64,000 bases of DNA from positions 10,534 to 74,533 of the IMG/VR virus record IMGVR_UViG_3300003322_001323; one strand, 5' to 3'. Source of the DNA: a virus. Shown one piece after another: positions 33,445 through 42,399 of the stretch. Both the position numbers and the translations under genes were made by a program. How positions within the stretch are numbered: the stretch's first letter is position 1; the number at the start of each line of letters is the position of its first letter. The notes under the pieces were generated by a model. It was not told the origin of the DNA, did not search any database, and was given only the letters and a program-made list of their open reading frames with translations.

Positions 33445-33930
33445 ATGGGCAAGGCGCTAGCGAAGAAAACCAATGGGCATGGAGGAGCCAGGCCCAACGC
33501 TGGCCGCAAGCCCGGCGGCCTCGGTGAGAAGGCGCGGCTCTATGCGGCGCAAGCCGCGGAGGATGGCGTACGGCCCATTGACGTGATGCTTGGCAACATG
33601 CGCTACTACCACGAGCGCGCCGAGGATTTCGACAAGAAGCTGGAGGCGGTTGCCACCTCCATGACTCCGGAGCAGATCGCCGCGGGCGGCGAGGAGGTGC
33701 TCAACGTTCTGAAGCTGGTGGCCAAGATTGGCGAGTTTCGCATGAAGGCGCAGACTTGCGCCGTGGACGCGGCACCTTACGTTCATCCACGCTTAACCGC
33801 GATTGCGGTGAAGGTGGACAATGGCGATTCGAAGAAGCCATTGATTTCCATCTCCGAGCAGAAAACGCCACAGATGGCGGCTGAGGCCTACGCGCAGATG
33901 CTGGCGGAAGGTTATGACGAAGAAGCCTAA
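33445..33930 (+). CDS. terS: Terminase small subunit
   Basis: HGGARPNAGRKPG, AAPYVHPRL; precedes TerL. Confidence 0.8.
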   Translation: MGKALAKKTNGHGGARPNAGRKPGGLGEKARLYAAQAAEDGVRPIDVMLGNMRYYHERAEDFDKKLEAVATSMTPEQIAAGGEEVLNVLKLVAKIGEFRMKAQTCAVDAAPYVHPRLTAIAVKVDNGDSKKPLISISEQKTPQMAAEAYAQMLAEGYDEEA

Positions 33931-35686
33931 GCCGGGCAGGTTTTATCCACCCAAGGTTTTAGGTAAAGCTCATTGGCCACCGAGCTATGAGCGCGTGCAT
34001 AAATGGCGCCAGCTGCAGCTGCGAACGTTCAAGCGTGATCCAGCTTCATTGGAAGCGGCACTGCGGTATTACGCCGAGCCCAAGCACGCGGCCGAGTTCA
34101 TCTGCCACTGGGTGGACACCTACGATCCGCGCAACGCCGGTTCAAAGTTGCCCACGCGATTGCCGCTCGTGCTGTTTGAGAAGCAGGCCGAGCTTGTGGA
34201 TTTCCTGAACGCACTGGTTGAGAACCAGCAGAATGGGCTCATCGACAAGAGCCGCGACATGGGTGCAACCTGGCTCTGCTGCGCGTTCAGCGTTTGGATG
34301 TGGCTGTTCGTTCCGGGCGCATCGATCGGTTGGGGCTCGCGCAAGCAGGAATTGGTGGATAAGCTTGGCGATCTGGACAGCATCTTTGAGAAGCTGCGCC
34401 AACTCATTCGCGGTCTGCCGCGCGAGTTCCTGCCACACGGTTTTGCCTATTCAAAGCATTTGAGCTTTGAGCGCATTTTGAACCCGGAGACGGGCGCCAG
34501 CATCACGGGCGAGGTCGGCGATAACATCGGCCGTGGCGGCCGCAAATCGATTTACTTCAAGGACGAGAGCGCCCACTATGAGCATCCCGAGCTCATTGAG
34601 GCGGCGCTGGGCGACAATACCCGCGTCCAGGTGGACATCTCCACGCCGAACGGCATCGGCACGGTCTACGACCGCAAGAAGGAAAGCGCCATAGAGTGGA
34701 AGCCCGGCGACAAGATGAAGCCGGGCTTTACGCAGATGATCGTGATGGACTGGTCACATCATCCGATGAAGACGCAGAAGTGGTACGACGAGCGCGAAGC
34801 CAAGATGAAGCGCGAGGGCCTCATCCACATCTTCCGCCAAGAGGTGGACCGCAATCCAGCCGCCTCGCTCGTCGGCATCATCATCCCGGCTGAGTGGGTG
34901 AACGCCGCGGTGGATGCCCACGTCAAGCTGGGCTTCGGCGCGACCGGCAGCCTGGTAGGCGCGCTAGACGTGGCGGATGAGGGCGGTGACCTCAACGCGC
35001 TCACCATGCGCAAGGGCGTGATTCTGCAGCTGGCCGAGGACTTCGCGGGCGACGAGGAGGGCGTGGGCAAGAGCGCGCGCTACGCCATCGGGGAGCTGCA
35101 GCAGCGGGGCTGCTTCAATCTTCAATACGACTGCATCGGCGTTGGCGCCGGCGTTAAGACCGAGGCGGCGCGGCTGCGAAAGGAGCAGAAGCTGCCGCGG
35201 GGCTTTCAGGTCATTGCCTGGGATGCGGGCCAGTCGGTGCTCCGGCCGAAGGAGCGCCTGGTGCCGGGCGACAAGACCTCGCCGCTGAACGAGGACTTCT
35301 ACAAGAACCTGAAGGCGCAGGGCTGGTGGGAGCTGCGCCGACGGTTTGAGAAGACCTACCAGATGATAAAAGAGCCCTACATCTATCAGTATAAGTTCAA
35401 CGAGCTCATCTCGCTGCCGAGCACGCTGCCCCGGTTGCCGCAGTTGAAGAGAGAGCTTTCCCAACCGACGATCGCGCGCGATGGAGCCATGCGCATCCTG
35501 GTGGACAAGAAGCCGGATGGCGCGAAGTCGCCCAACCTTGGAGACAGCATTATGATGAATTATTTCCCGCTCCAGGGCGCGATGATCGTGACCGACGAGC
35601 ACATTGCAAGCATGGCCAGGCCAACACCCATGAAGTTGCGCAGCGAGCGGCAATCGCAGGCCGACCAGGTGGCGCAGTTCCGGTGA
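33914..35686 (+). CDS. terL: Terminase large subunit
   Basis: KSRDMGAT, FKDESAH, STPNG, LDVADEGGD, KSPNLGDS. Confidence 0.95.
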   Translation: MTKKPKPGRFYPPKVLGKAHWPPSYERVHKWRQLQLRTFKRDPASLEAALRYYAEPKHAAEFICHWVDTYDPRNAGSKLPTRLPLVLFEKQAELVDFLNALVENQQNGLIDKSRDMGATWLCCAFSVWMWLFVPGASIGWGSRKQELVDKLGDLDSIFEKLRQLIRGLPREFLPHGFAYSKHLSFERILNPETGASITGEVGDNIGRGGRKSIYFKDESAHYEHPELIEAALGDNTRVQVDISTPNGIGTVYDRKKESAIEWKPGDKMKPGFTQMIVMDWSHHPMKTQKWYDEREAKMKREGLIHIFRQEVDRNPAASLVGIIIPAEWVNAAVDAHVKLGFGATGSLVGALDVADEGGDLNALTMRKGVILQLAEDFAGDEEGVGKSARYAIGELQQRGCFNLQYDCIGVGAGVKTEAARLRKEQKLPRGFQVIAWDAGQSVLRPKERLVPGDKTSPLNEDFYKNLKAQGWWELRRRFEKTYQMIKEPYIYQYKFNELISLPSTLPRLPQLKRELSQPTIARDGAMRILVDKKPDGAKSPNLGDSIMMNYFPLQGAMIVTDEHIASMARPTPMKLRSERQSQADQVAQFR

Positions 35687-37983
35687 AGCCCCACAAGCCC
35701 GGCGAATATACCCGGCGCAAGCGCCGGCAGCCCAAGGCCGCCAAGCCGCGGCCGGCGATCGCGCGCCATCCGGTCAAGGCCAAGGCCAAGCGTGGACCCC
35801 GGTTGCGCGAGGCCGGCCTGGGCGCCGACCAGCTCTCGCAGTTCACCGGCATTCAGCGGGAGCTGAAGCGGGTCAAGGACAAGCCCTTAAAGGGCAAGCG
35901 GGTCTTTCGCATCACCGATCAGATGCTGGCCAATGCCAGGGGTCACACGGGCGCGAGCGTGGAGCTGGCGCGCAAGATATTCGCGGCGGCCAAGCCCTTG
36001 CCAACGGTGCTGCCGAAGAACAACCAAAAAGCCCTGCTGGCGATGGATGAAAACATCAGCCTGTTCACGGCCTGGGCGGCGCAGAGCATCTACAATGGCG
36101 CCTTCCAGCAGGGCGTAACCTTCCTGGGCTATCCGTACCTGGCCGAGCTCACCCAGCGCGCCGAATATCGTCGGATCAGTGAGGTGATCGCCACCGAGAT
36201 GACGCGCAAGTGGATCGAGATCAAGGCCCACAGCGCGCAGAAGGTAACGGCCGCGCTTACCGATGAGGAGGGCGAGGACACCGAGGAGGAGGACCTCAAC
36301 GCGGGCGGCCCCGAGGAGGCGGAGGAGCTCCAGGGTGATGACCCGAGCTTCCAGTACGACGACGGCGTGGCCACCGATGAGGTGGTCAAGTGGGTGGACA
36401 GCCCGGAGCAGGCCGCGGCCGAGGTGGACCAGCTTGCGCAGACGCAAAACGGCGAGGCGCCTACCGACCCCAACGCCAACCTCGAGGTGGACGGCGAGGA
36501 GGACGTGGACGTGGACGGTGCGGTGGCGCCGAGTGCGCCCGCCGCTCCGGATAAGACCGCCAAGATCAAGGAATTGGAGGACGAGCTAAAGCGTTTAAAC
36601 GTCCAGGCCCTGTTCAAGAGCATCTGTGAGCAGGACGGCTTCTTTGGCCGCGCGCATCTCTACATTGATACGGGCCATACCGACAACCTGCCCGAGCTGA
36701 AAATGCCGATTGGCGACGGCCAGGACCAGGTAAGCCAGGCCAAGCTCAAGCCGGGCAGCATCAAGGCGCTCAAAACCGTGGAGGCTATCTGGTGCTACCC
36801 GGCCAACTACGACAGCTTTGATCCGCTCAAGCCGGACTGGTATCGACCATGCTCATGGTTCGTGCAGGGCAAGGAGGTGCACGCCTCACGCCTGCTGACC
36901 TTCGTCGGGCGCGAGGTACCGGATATGCTGAAGCCGGCCTATTCGTTCGGCGGGCTATCACTCTCGCAAATGGTCAAGCCGGTGGTGGACAACTGGCTCA
37001 ACGTGCGCCAGAGCGTGGCCGACATCATCAAGGCCTTCACGGTCTTTGTACTTAAGACTAACCTGCAGACCTTAATGCAGGAGGACGGCGACCAGGTTAC
37101 ACGCCGCGCCGACTATTTCAACGCCACGCGCAGCAACCGCGGCGTGATGATGGTGGACAAAGAGACCGAAGACTTCATGAACGTCTCGGCCTCGCTGGCA
37201 TCGCTGGACAAGCTCCAGGCCCAGGCCGAGGAGCACATCTGCTCAGCCTCCGGCCTCCCCCTGGTCAAGTACACCGGCATTTCGCCCAGCGGCCTTAATG
37301 CCACGAGCGAGTTTGAGATTCAGGTCTTCTACGATTTCATCAAGGCCTTCCAGAACTTCTTCTTCGCGCCCAACCTTACGCGCATCTTTCACATGGCCCA
37401 GATCAACCTGTGGGGTGCGGTGGACCCGGACCTGTACTATGAGTTCCTGCCGCTGCAGGAGCTGACCGAAAAGGATCGCGGCGACAAGGAGAAGGCCGAG
37501 GCCGATCGCGACAAGACCCTTATCGACGCGGGCGTGCTCCATCCCGAGGAGGCCCGCGCGCGGCTGAGCCAGGAGGCCGATGGCCCCTACGCCGGCATTG
37601 ACGTGAACAACGTGCCGGAGCCGCCGATGCCGCCAGGCGGCGAGGACCCGTTCGGGCGCGAAGAAGGTTTTGACGAGGGCGCTGAGCCCGGCAGCGAGGA
37701 GCCACCGGCCTTTGATGCCGATTTTGATGAGAGCAAGCATCGGCGCGGCCCGGGTGGCCAGTTTGGCAGCGGCGGCAAGAGCGCGAGCGCAAAGCCGGTG
37801 AAGCATAAGGCCGGCGAGGTGCATCGCGTGGGCAAGTTCTCCGTGCGCCACGACCCGGCGCGCGCCAAGAAGGGCCTGCCGTCCTACGCCGTATTTGAGG
37901 ACGACAACGTGAAGGCGCATAGCGCGCACCACGACTTAAACGAGGCTAAGGGTGCCGCCGAGAAGCGCCACCGCGGCGAGTAA
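35683..37983 (+). CDS. Portal protein (DUF1073-type) with acidic insertion and C-terminal extension
   Basis: FLGYPYLAELTQRAEYR, VHASRL, YSFGGLSLSQ, GISPSGLNAT. Confidence 0.9.
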   Translation: MKPHKPGEYTRRKRRQPKAAKPRPAIARHPVKAKAKRGPRLREAGLGADQLSQFTGIQRELKRVKDKPLKGKRVFRITDQMLANARGHTGASVELARKIFAAAKPLPTVLPKNNQKALLAMDENISLFTAWAAQSIYNGAFQQGVTFLGYPYLAELTQRAEYRRISEVIATEMTRKWIEIKAHSAQKVTAALTDEEGEDTEEEDLNAGGPEEAEELQGDDPSFQYDDGVATDEVVKWVDSPEQAAAEVDQLAQTQNGEAPTDPNANLEVDGEEDVDVDGAVAPSAPAAPDKTAKIKELEDELKRLNVQALFKSICEQDGFFGRAHLYIDTGHTDNLPELKMPIGDGQDQVSQAKLKPGSIKALKTVEAIWCYPANYDSFDPLKPDWYRPCSWFVQGKEVHASRLLTFVGREVPDMLKPAYSFGGLSLSQMVKPVVDNWLNVRQSVADIIKAFTVFVLKTNLQTLMQEDGDQVTRRADYFNATRSNRGVMMVDKETEDFMNVSASLASLDKLQAQAEEHICSASGLPLVKYTGISPSGLNATSEFEIQVFYDFIKAFQNFFFAPNLTRIFHMAQINLWGAVDPDLYYEFLPLQELTEKDRGDKEKAEADRDKTLIDAGVLHPEEARARLSQEADGPYAGIDVNNVPEPPMPPGGEDPFGREEGFDEGAEPGSEEPPAFDADFDESKHRRGPGGQFGSGGKSASAKPVKHKAGEVHRVGKFSVRHDPARAKKGLPSYAVFEDDNVKAHSAHHDLNEAKGAAEKRHRGE

Positions 37984-38785
37984 CGCCAAGCCCAAGCTGC
38001 TCAAGCCGGTGCGCCCCTCCGCGGCGATTGACGCCTGGTACAAGCGCAAGCTGGACCAGCTGGTTGAGGAGATGAACGCCTCGATTGCCTTCTGGCTGGA
38101 GCGATCCTACGCCAACCGCGAGGACCAGATTGTGGCCATGGATGAGCTGCCGGCCAAGCAACTGAGCCGGGCGCTGGCCCGGTTGCGGCGGCGCTGGCAG
38201 AAGAACTTCGACGAGGCGGCGCCCAAGATCGCCAAGCATTTTACCCAGCAGGTGGACCAGCGCAGCAAGAAGCAGCTGCAGGACATTCTGAAGGAGGCCG
38301 GCTTCTCGGTCGAGTTCACGATGACCTCGAAGCAGGCTGATGGTATTCGCGCCAACATTCAGGAAAACGTGTCGCTGATCCGATCCATTCCGCAGAAGCA
38401 CTTTACGGATATTGAGGGCATGGTGATGCGCTCAGTGCAGGCGGGTCGGGACTTGCACACGCTTTCGACCCAATTGCAGAAGCAATACGGCAAGACCAAG
38501 AAGCGCGCCGCGCTCATCGCGCGCGATCAGAACAACAAGGCAACGGCCTTTTTGACGCGGACGCGGCAGGGGGAGCTCGGCATCAAGAAGGCCATCTGGA
38601 TGCACAGCCACGCGGGCAAGGTCCCGCGGCCGACGCACCTGGCCAACGACGGCAAGCCCTACGACGTGGAGAAGGGCTGGTACGATCCCGATGCCCACGG
38701 CAAGGGCAAGGGCGCCTACATCTTTCCCGGCGAGCTCATCAACTGCCGGTGCGTTTCCAGGTCCATCATTCCGGGTTTCACATGA
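37952..38785 (+). CDS. Head morphogenesis protein (MuF/SPP1 gp7 family)
   Basis: ENVSLIRSIP, RAALIARDQNNK, PRPTH, PGELINCRC. Confidence 0.92.
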   Translation: MPPRSATAASNAKPKLLKPVRPSAAIDAWYKRKLDQLVEEMNASIAFWLERSYANREDQIVAMDELPAKQLSRALARLRRRWQKNFDEAAPKIAKHFTQQVDQRSKKQLQDILKEAGFSVEFTMTSKQADGIRANIQENVSLIRSIPQKHFTDIEGMVMRSVQAGRDLHTLSTQLQKQYGKTKKRAALIARDQNNKATAFLTRTRQGELGIKKAIWMHSHAGKVPRPTHLANDGKPYDVEKGWYDPDAHGKGKGAYIFPGELINCRCVSRSIIPGFT

Positions 38786-38976
38786 GCATCTTGAGATTGG
38801 ACGCTAACGACACGCAGTTTGCCGCGCTTGCCACCACGCTCGGGTTCACCGAGATGGAGGGGCGCTACCTGGTGCGTGGCAAGCCGCTTACCAACGACGA
38901 GGCGGAGCGGGTGCGCGACGCGCTCCAGGACGGCATGTACAAGCTCTATCACATGGAAGCGCGGGGCAACGCGTGA
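38782..38976 (+). CDS. Hypothetical protein
   Basis: ATGA/GTGA coupling on both sides. Confidence 0.6.
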   Translation: MSILRLDANDTQFAALATTLGFTEMEGRYLVRGKPLTNDEAERVRDALQDGMYKLYHMEARGNA

Positions 38977-39596
38977 GCACACCGCGACGCCAGGTACTGG
39001 ACTTTTTCAAGCTGTATCCGACGCGCCGACCCATCTCGCGCGCCGCGCTCTCGGGTGTGCTGGGAATCGCCTTTCCAACGTTGGACCTGGCGCTGGAGCA
39101 GTTGCGCTCCGAAAACATTCTGGAGCCGACCAGCTGTGGCGAGTGGCGCCCCACCATGGCCTTTGTGCGGGTAGAGCTGGCCAAGCGCGATTTCATCGTG
39201 GAGCAGGCCGATGCCGCAGCGCAAAAGATCGCGATAAAAAACGAGGAGCGCCAGCGCAAGCGGGCGGAGAAGCTGGCTCGGCGCGAGGAGCGCGCGCGGG
39301 AGCGCCTGATTCAACGCCTGGAGCGCCAGGCCCAGCAGGCGGTTGACCGGGAGAAGGCGCGCGAGGAGCGGGCCAACCAGCGGCTAATCGATCGGCTGGA
39401 GCGGAAGCTGCTGGATCAGCAGGAAAGCGCTGGCAAGATACCGCCGGCCGTGGTGGAGCCGATCATCTTTGAGCCCAAGGTCATCACCCCAAGCAGCGAG
39501 GCCTGGGCGAAGGTGCGGGAGCGTCGCTATGCCAAGCCGGCCTACCTGGGCAGCGAGTTTACGCTTGATCCGCGCAAGCTGATGGGCTCGCGGTGA
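38973..39596 (+). CDS. Hypothetical protein, wHTH-like N-terminus plus coiled coil
   Basis: ISRAALSGVLGI..PTL..AL..L; E/R-rich helix. Confidence 0.65.
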   Translation: MSTPRRQVLDFFKLYPTRRPISRAALSGVLGIAFPTLDLALEQLRSENILEPTSCGEWRPTMAFVRVELAKRDFIVEQADAAAQKIAIKNEERQRKRAEKLARREERARERLIQRLERQAQQAVDREKAREERANQRLIDRLERKLLDQQESAGKIPPAVVEPIIFEPKVITPSSEAWAKVRERRYAKPAYLGSEFTLDPRKLMGSR

Positions 39597-40000
39597 GCCT
39601 GGAGGAGCCGGTACAGCGCTTTCAGCGCCTGAGCGCCAAGCTGATCCGGCGCTGCGGCTATCACTTTCCGGTCGGGCACTGGACCTACGCGCACTGGTGT
39701 CCGGCCTGCGAGGAGCTGCACGACTTCGCGGTGGAGCAGCCATTTACCAATGGGGCGCAGTGGACGCTATGCGCGGACGGCCTGGAGCTGCCTACCTTCA
39801 GCCCGAGCATGAACATTCGCATTGGACCGTTACCAGCGGACAGCCACAAGCCGGGTGGCTTCGAGGTTTGCCATTACTTTCTGAGCAAGGGCCAGCTGCG
39901 GTATCTCACCGACTGCACGCACCGGCTATGCGCCCAGACGGTGGACCTGCCCGACATTCCGGCGCGCGCCCTGCAATATATGACCGAGGTCAAATCATGA
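39593..40000 (+). CDS. DUF6527-like zinc-binding protein
   Basis: WCPAC..H, PTFSPS, CHYF..G...LTDCTH. Confidence 0.75.
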   Translation: MSLEEPVQRFQRLSAKLIRRCGYHFPVGHWTYAHWCPACEELHDFAVEQPFTNGAQWTLCADGLELPTFSPSMNIRIGPLPADSHKPGGFEVCHYFLSKGQLRYLTDCTHRLCAQTVDLPDIPARALQYMTEVKS

Positions 40001-40281
40001 GTCATCTAAGCGATTTTACTTATCATCTGATCGAAAACCGCGAGGGTACGCCCGTGGAAGTGGGGACCATCGTTTCGGTCTTTACCAACCTGGGCAACTA
40101 TCTGCCGGGCAGCACGCCGGCGGAGCAGCGCGATTACGCGCGCCGCGAGCTGATGCCTGAGAAAATGCTGGCCTTCGATGCGGAGGCGGACACCTTCGAC
40201 ACCATCAACGAGGGCGAAGCGCCAGAGGATTTTCTCATTCGTCGCGACAAGGGCCTAAAGGACAGCGGGTTCCGTGCCTAG
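39997..40281 (+). CDS. Hypothetical protein bearing LAFDA motif
   Basis: ATG 39997 with GAGG RBS, coupled. Confidence 0.6.
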   Translation: MSHLSDFTYHLIENREGTPVEVGTIVSVFTNLGNYLPGSTPAEQRDYARRELMPEKMLAFDAEADTFDTINEGEAPEDFLIRRDKGLKDSGFRA

Positions 40282-40906
40282 CGTTTCGGAGAAGCAGCAC
40301 AACGCGATGGAAGCGGCCGCGCATGGTCACTCCACGCTTGGTATCCCCAAGAGCGTGGGCCAGGAATTTGTCGAGGCCGACAAGGTGGCCAAGGACGCGG
40401 AGCCGCGCGCCGCGGGCGTGCTGGTACGGGATGCGGACGGTCGCGTGCTGTTCGCGCGCCGCTCGGGCACCGGCGACTATGGTGGGCACTGGGCGCTGTT
40501 TGGCGGTGGCGTGGAGAGCGGCGAGACCGATGAGGAGGCAGCACGGCGTGAATTGATGGAGGAGAGCGGCTACCAGGCCGACAGCCTCACCCCGGTGCAC
40601 GAGCATTACTTCAACGGGCTCAACTTCGCGACCTTCGCGCACGACGCCGGCTCGCAGTTCATTCCCAAGCTCACGGGCGAACACGACGCCTGGGCCTGGG
40701 CGCACCCGAGCTCGCCGCCATCCCCCCTGCACCCCGGCGTGGCCGCCACGCTCGGCGACATCGCGCGCGAGCAGGAGGCGCGGTTCACCTGGGGGCCGGA
40801 TCAATTGGAGATAATACAGCCGGAAAATCCCCAGCCGGCGCCGCCGTACATTGAGGAGATTGACGACCCCGGCGAGGCCGCGGTGGAGCTGGAAATCTCC
40901 GAGTGA
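40274..40906 (+). CDS. Nudix hydrolase with N-terminal leader
   Basis: Complete Nudix box G-GVESG-E-TDEEAAR-RELMEESG. Confidence 0.92.
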   Translation: MPSVSEKQHNAMEAAAHGHSTLGIPKSVGQEFVEADKVAKDAEPRAAGVLVRDADGRVLFARRSGTGDYGGHWALFGGGVESGETDEEAARRELMEESGYQADSLTPVHEHYFNGLNFATFAHDAGSQFIPKLTGEHDAWAWAHPSSPPSPLHPGVAATLGDIAREQEARFTWGPDQLEIIQPENPQPAPPYIEEIDDPGEAAVELEISE

Positions 40907-42399
40907 TCCCGAACCTGAACGCGCTGGCGCGCCTGGCCTTTGACGAGGGCGATTGGAAGGAGAGCCAGCATCCGCGCGACCCGAAGGGTCAGTTCACGAG
41001 CGGGGGCGGGAGCTCCGGCACCGGCCCGAGCAACTCGAACAAGCCGGTACAGGTCTCCACCACGATCGGCACGCCGCTGAGCAAGGCCGGCTTCAAGAAG
41101 GTGAAGCAGCCCGGACCGAACGGCAGCGTGACCTTCTTTCACCCGAGCGGGGTGAAGGTCCACGTGCACCCGGCGCCCGAGGGCAAGAAATATTCCAGCA
41201 AGTGGACGCATGAGGCGGAAGGCGCGCAGACGCAGGGGGAGGGCTCCAAGCTGGAGCAGCTTCTCGCCAAGCTGGTGCAGAAGGCGGAGGCGGCGAAGCC
41301 GGCGCCAACGCTGAAGGCAATGGGCACGCACGAGTTTACGCCGAATGGCAGCAGCAACGCCGAAAAGATCGCCGACATCGAGAGCAAGGGATGGAAGTTT
41401 GCCGGCGTTAGCAAGGAGGGAGATAAAACCCTCTTTAATGGTGGAGGAGCGGGTTGCGTCTTCAACAATAAGACGGGAACTGCCACCACCTACATGCATT
41501 TTAGCGACGCGCAGCAGGCGGTTAACGCAGAAGCGCCTGCGCTAAGTGAAAACGAACAAGCGTTCATAAAGGCGAGTGGTACCTTCGCCAAGGAGCAGGG
41601 CTACAAGCCGATTGACATAGATGGAAGTACGATAATCTATGCTAAGGAAAACGGGGCCAAACTACAAATCAGTGCTGGCAATGGACATTGGGTTGCTTCA
41701 ACTCCGGGACACGTGACCAAGGAAGGTTATAGCCTGGACAATTTGAAACAATTGCTAACCACGAATACCGTACCTTCTGGCGTTTTTAATTCGCAATTCG
41801 CCATTCAGACCCAGGCTGAGAAGGTAGCCGCCACCAAAGCGCAGAAAGAGGCGCAGAAGGCGCAGGCCGAGGCTAGCAAGCACAAGAAGCTCTATACCAA
41901 GCTCAAGGACCAGGCGCCGCACCCGACCTCGACGCAGCAGAATGCCATCGCCAAATACAGCGGCTCGGGCTATTCGTCCTGGAACGATAAGCTGCGGCAC
42001 GATCCGAACTACGCCAAGACCGACCCGCTGACGAAGCACCTGGATGATTATTTGAACAACGCCACCTTTGAGGAAGATTTCACCGTTACCCGTAAGGTGG
42101 ATGGTGAATACGCCAAAATCCTCAAGAGCATCATCTTCGAGGGGACGAAGTTCATCGATCGTGGCTACGTTAGCACCAGCGCCACGGGGCAATGGCATGG
42201 TAGCTTAAAGTTCATCATCAACATCAAGAAGGGCCAGAAGGGCGCGGCGATCGGCAAGTGGTCGCACCACCCGAGCGAGGACGAGGTGCTGCTACCGCGA
42301 AATTCGGCCTTTGTGGTCAAGACCTATGACGCGGCGAACAACACCATCCACGTGGATTTGGACCAGAGCCATTTTGAGGAGAAGAAGGCGGCCGCATGA
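40903..42399 (+). CDS. ADP-ribosyltransferase (VIP2/C3/T4 Alt-like R-S-E clade), multidomain
   Basis: YSGSGY..WN.KLR, VTRKV, GYVSTS, SEDEVLLPRNS. Confidence 0.88.
   Translation: MIPNLNALARLAFDEGDWKESQHPRDPKGQFTSGGGSSGTGPSNSNKPVQVSTTIGTPLSKAGFKKVKQPGPNGSVTFFHPSGVKVHVHPAPEGKKYSSKWTHEAEGAQTQGEGSKLEQLLAKLVQKAEAAKPAPTLKAMGTHEFTPNGSSNAEKIADIESKGWKFAGVSKEGDKTLFNGGGAGCVFNNKTGTATTYMHFSDAQQAVNAEAPALSENEQAFIKASGTFAKEQGYKPIDIDGSTIIYAKENGAKLQISAGNGHWVASTPGHVTKEGYSLDNLKQLLTTNTVPSGVFNSQFAIQTQAEKVAATKAQKEAQKAQAEASKHKKLYTKLKDQAPHPTSTQQNAIAKYSGSGYSSWNDKLRHDPNYAKTDPLTKHLDDYLNNATFEEDFTVTRKVDGEYAKILKSIIFEGTKFIDRGYVSTSATGQWHGSLKFIINIKKGQKGAAIGKWSHHPSEDEVLLPRNSAFVVKTYDAANNTIHVDLDQSHFEEKKAAA

Noticed and set aside
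35683-37983. Anti-CBASS Acb1 activity in the DUF1073 portal
   Set aside because: No paired HxT/S 2H-phosphoesterase domain visible in the C-terminal extension
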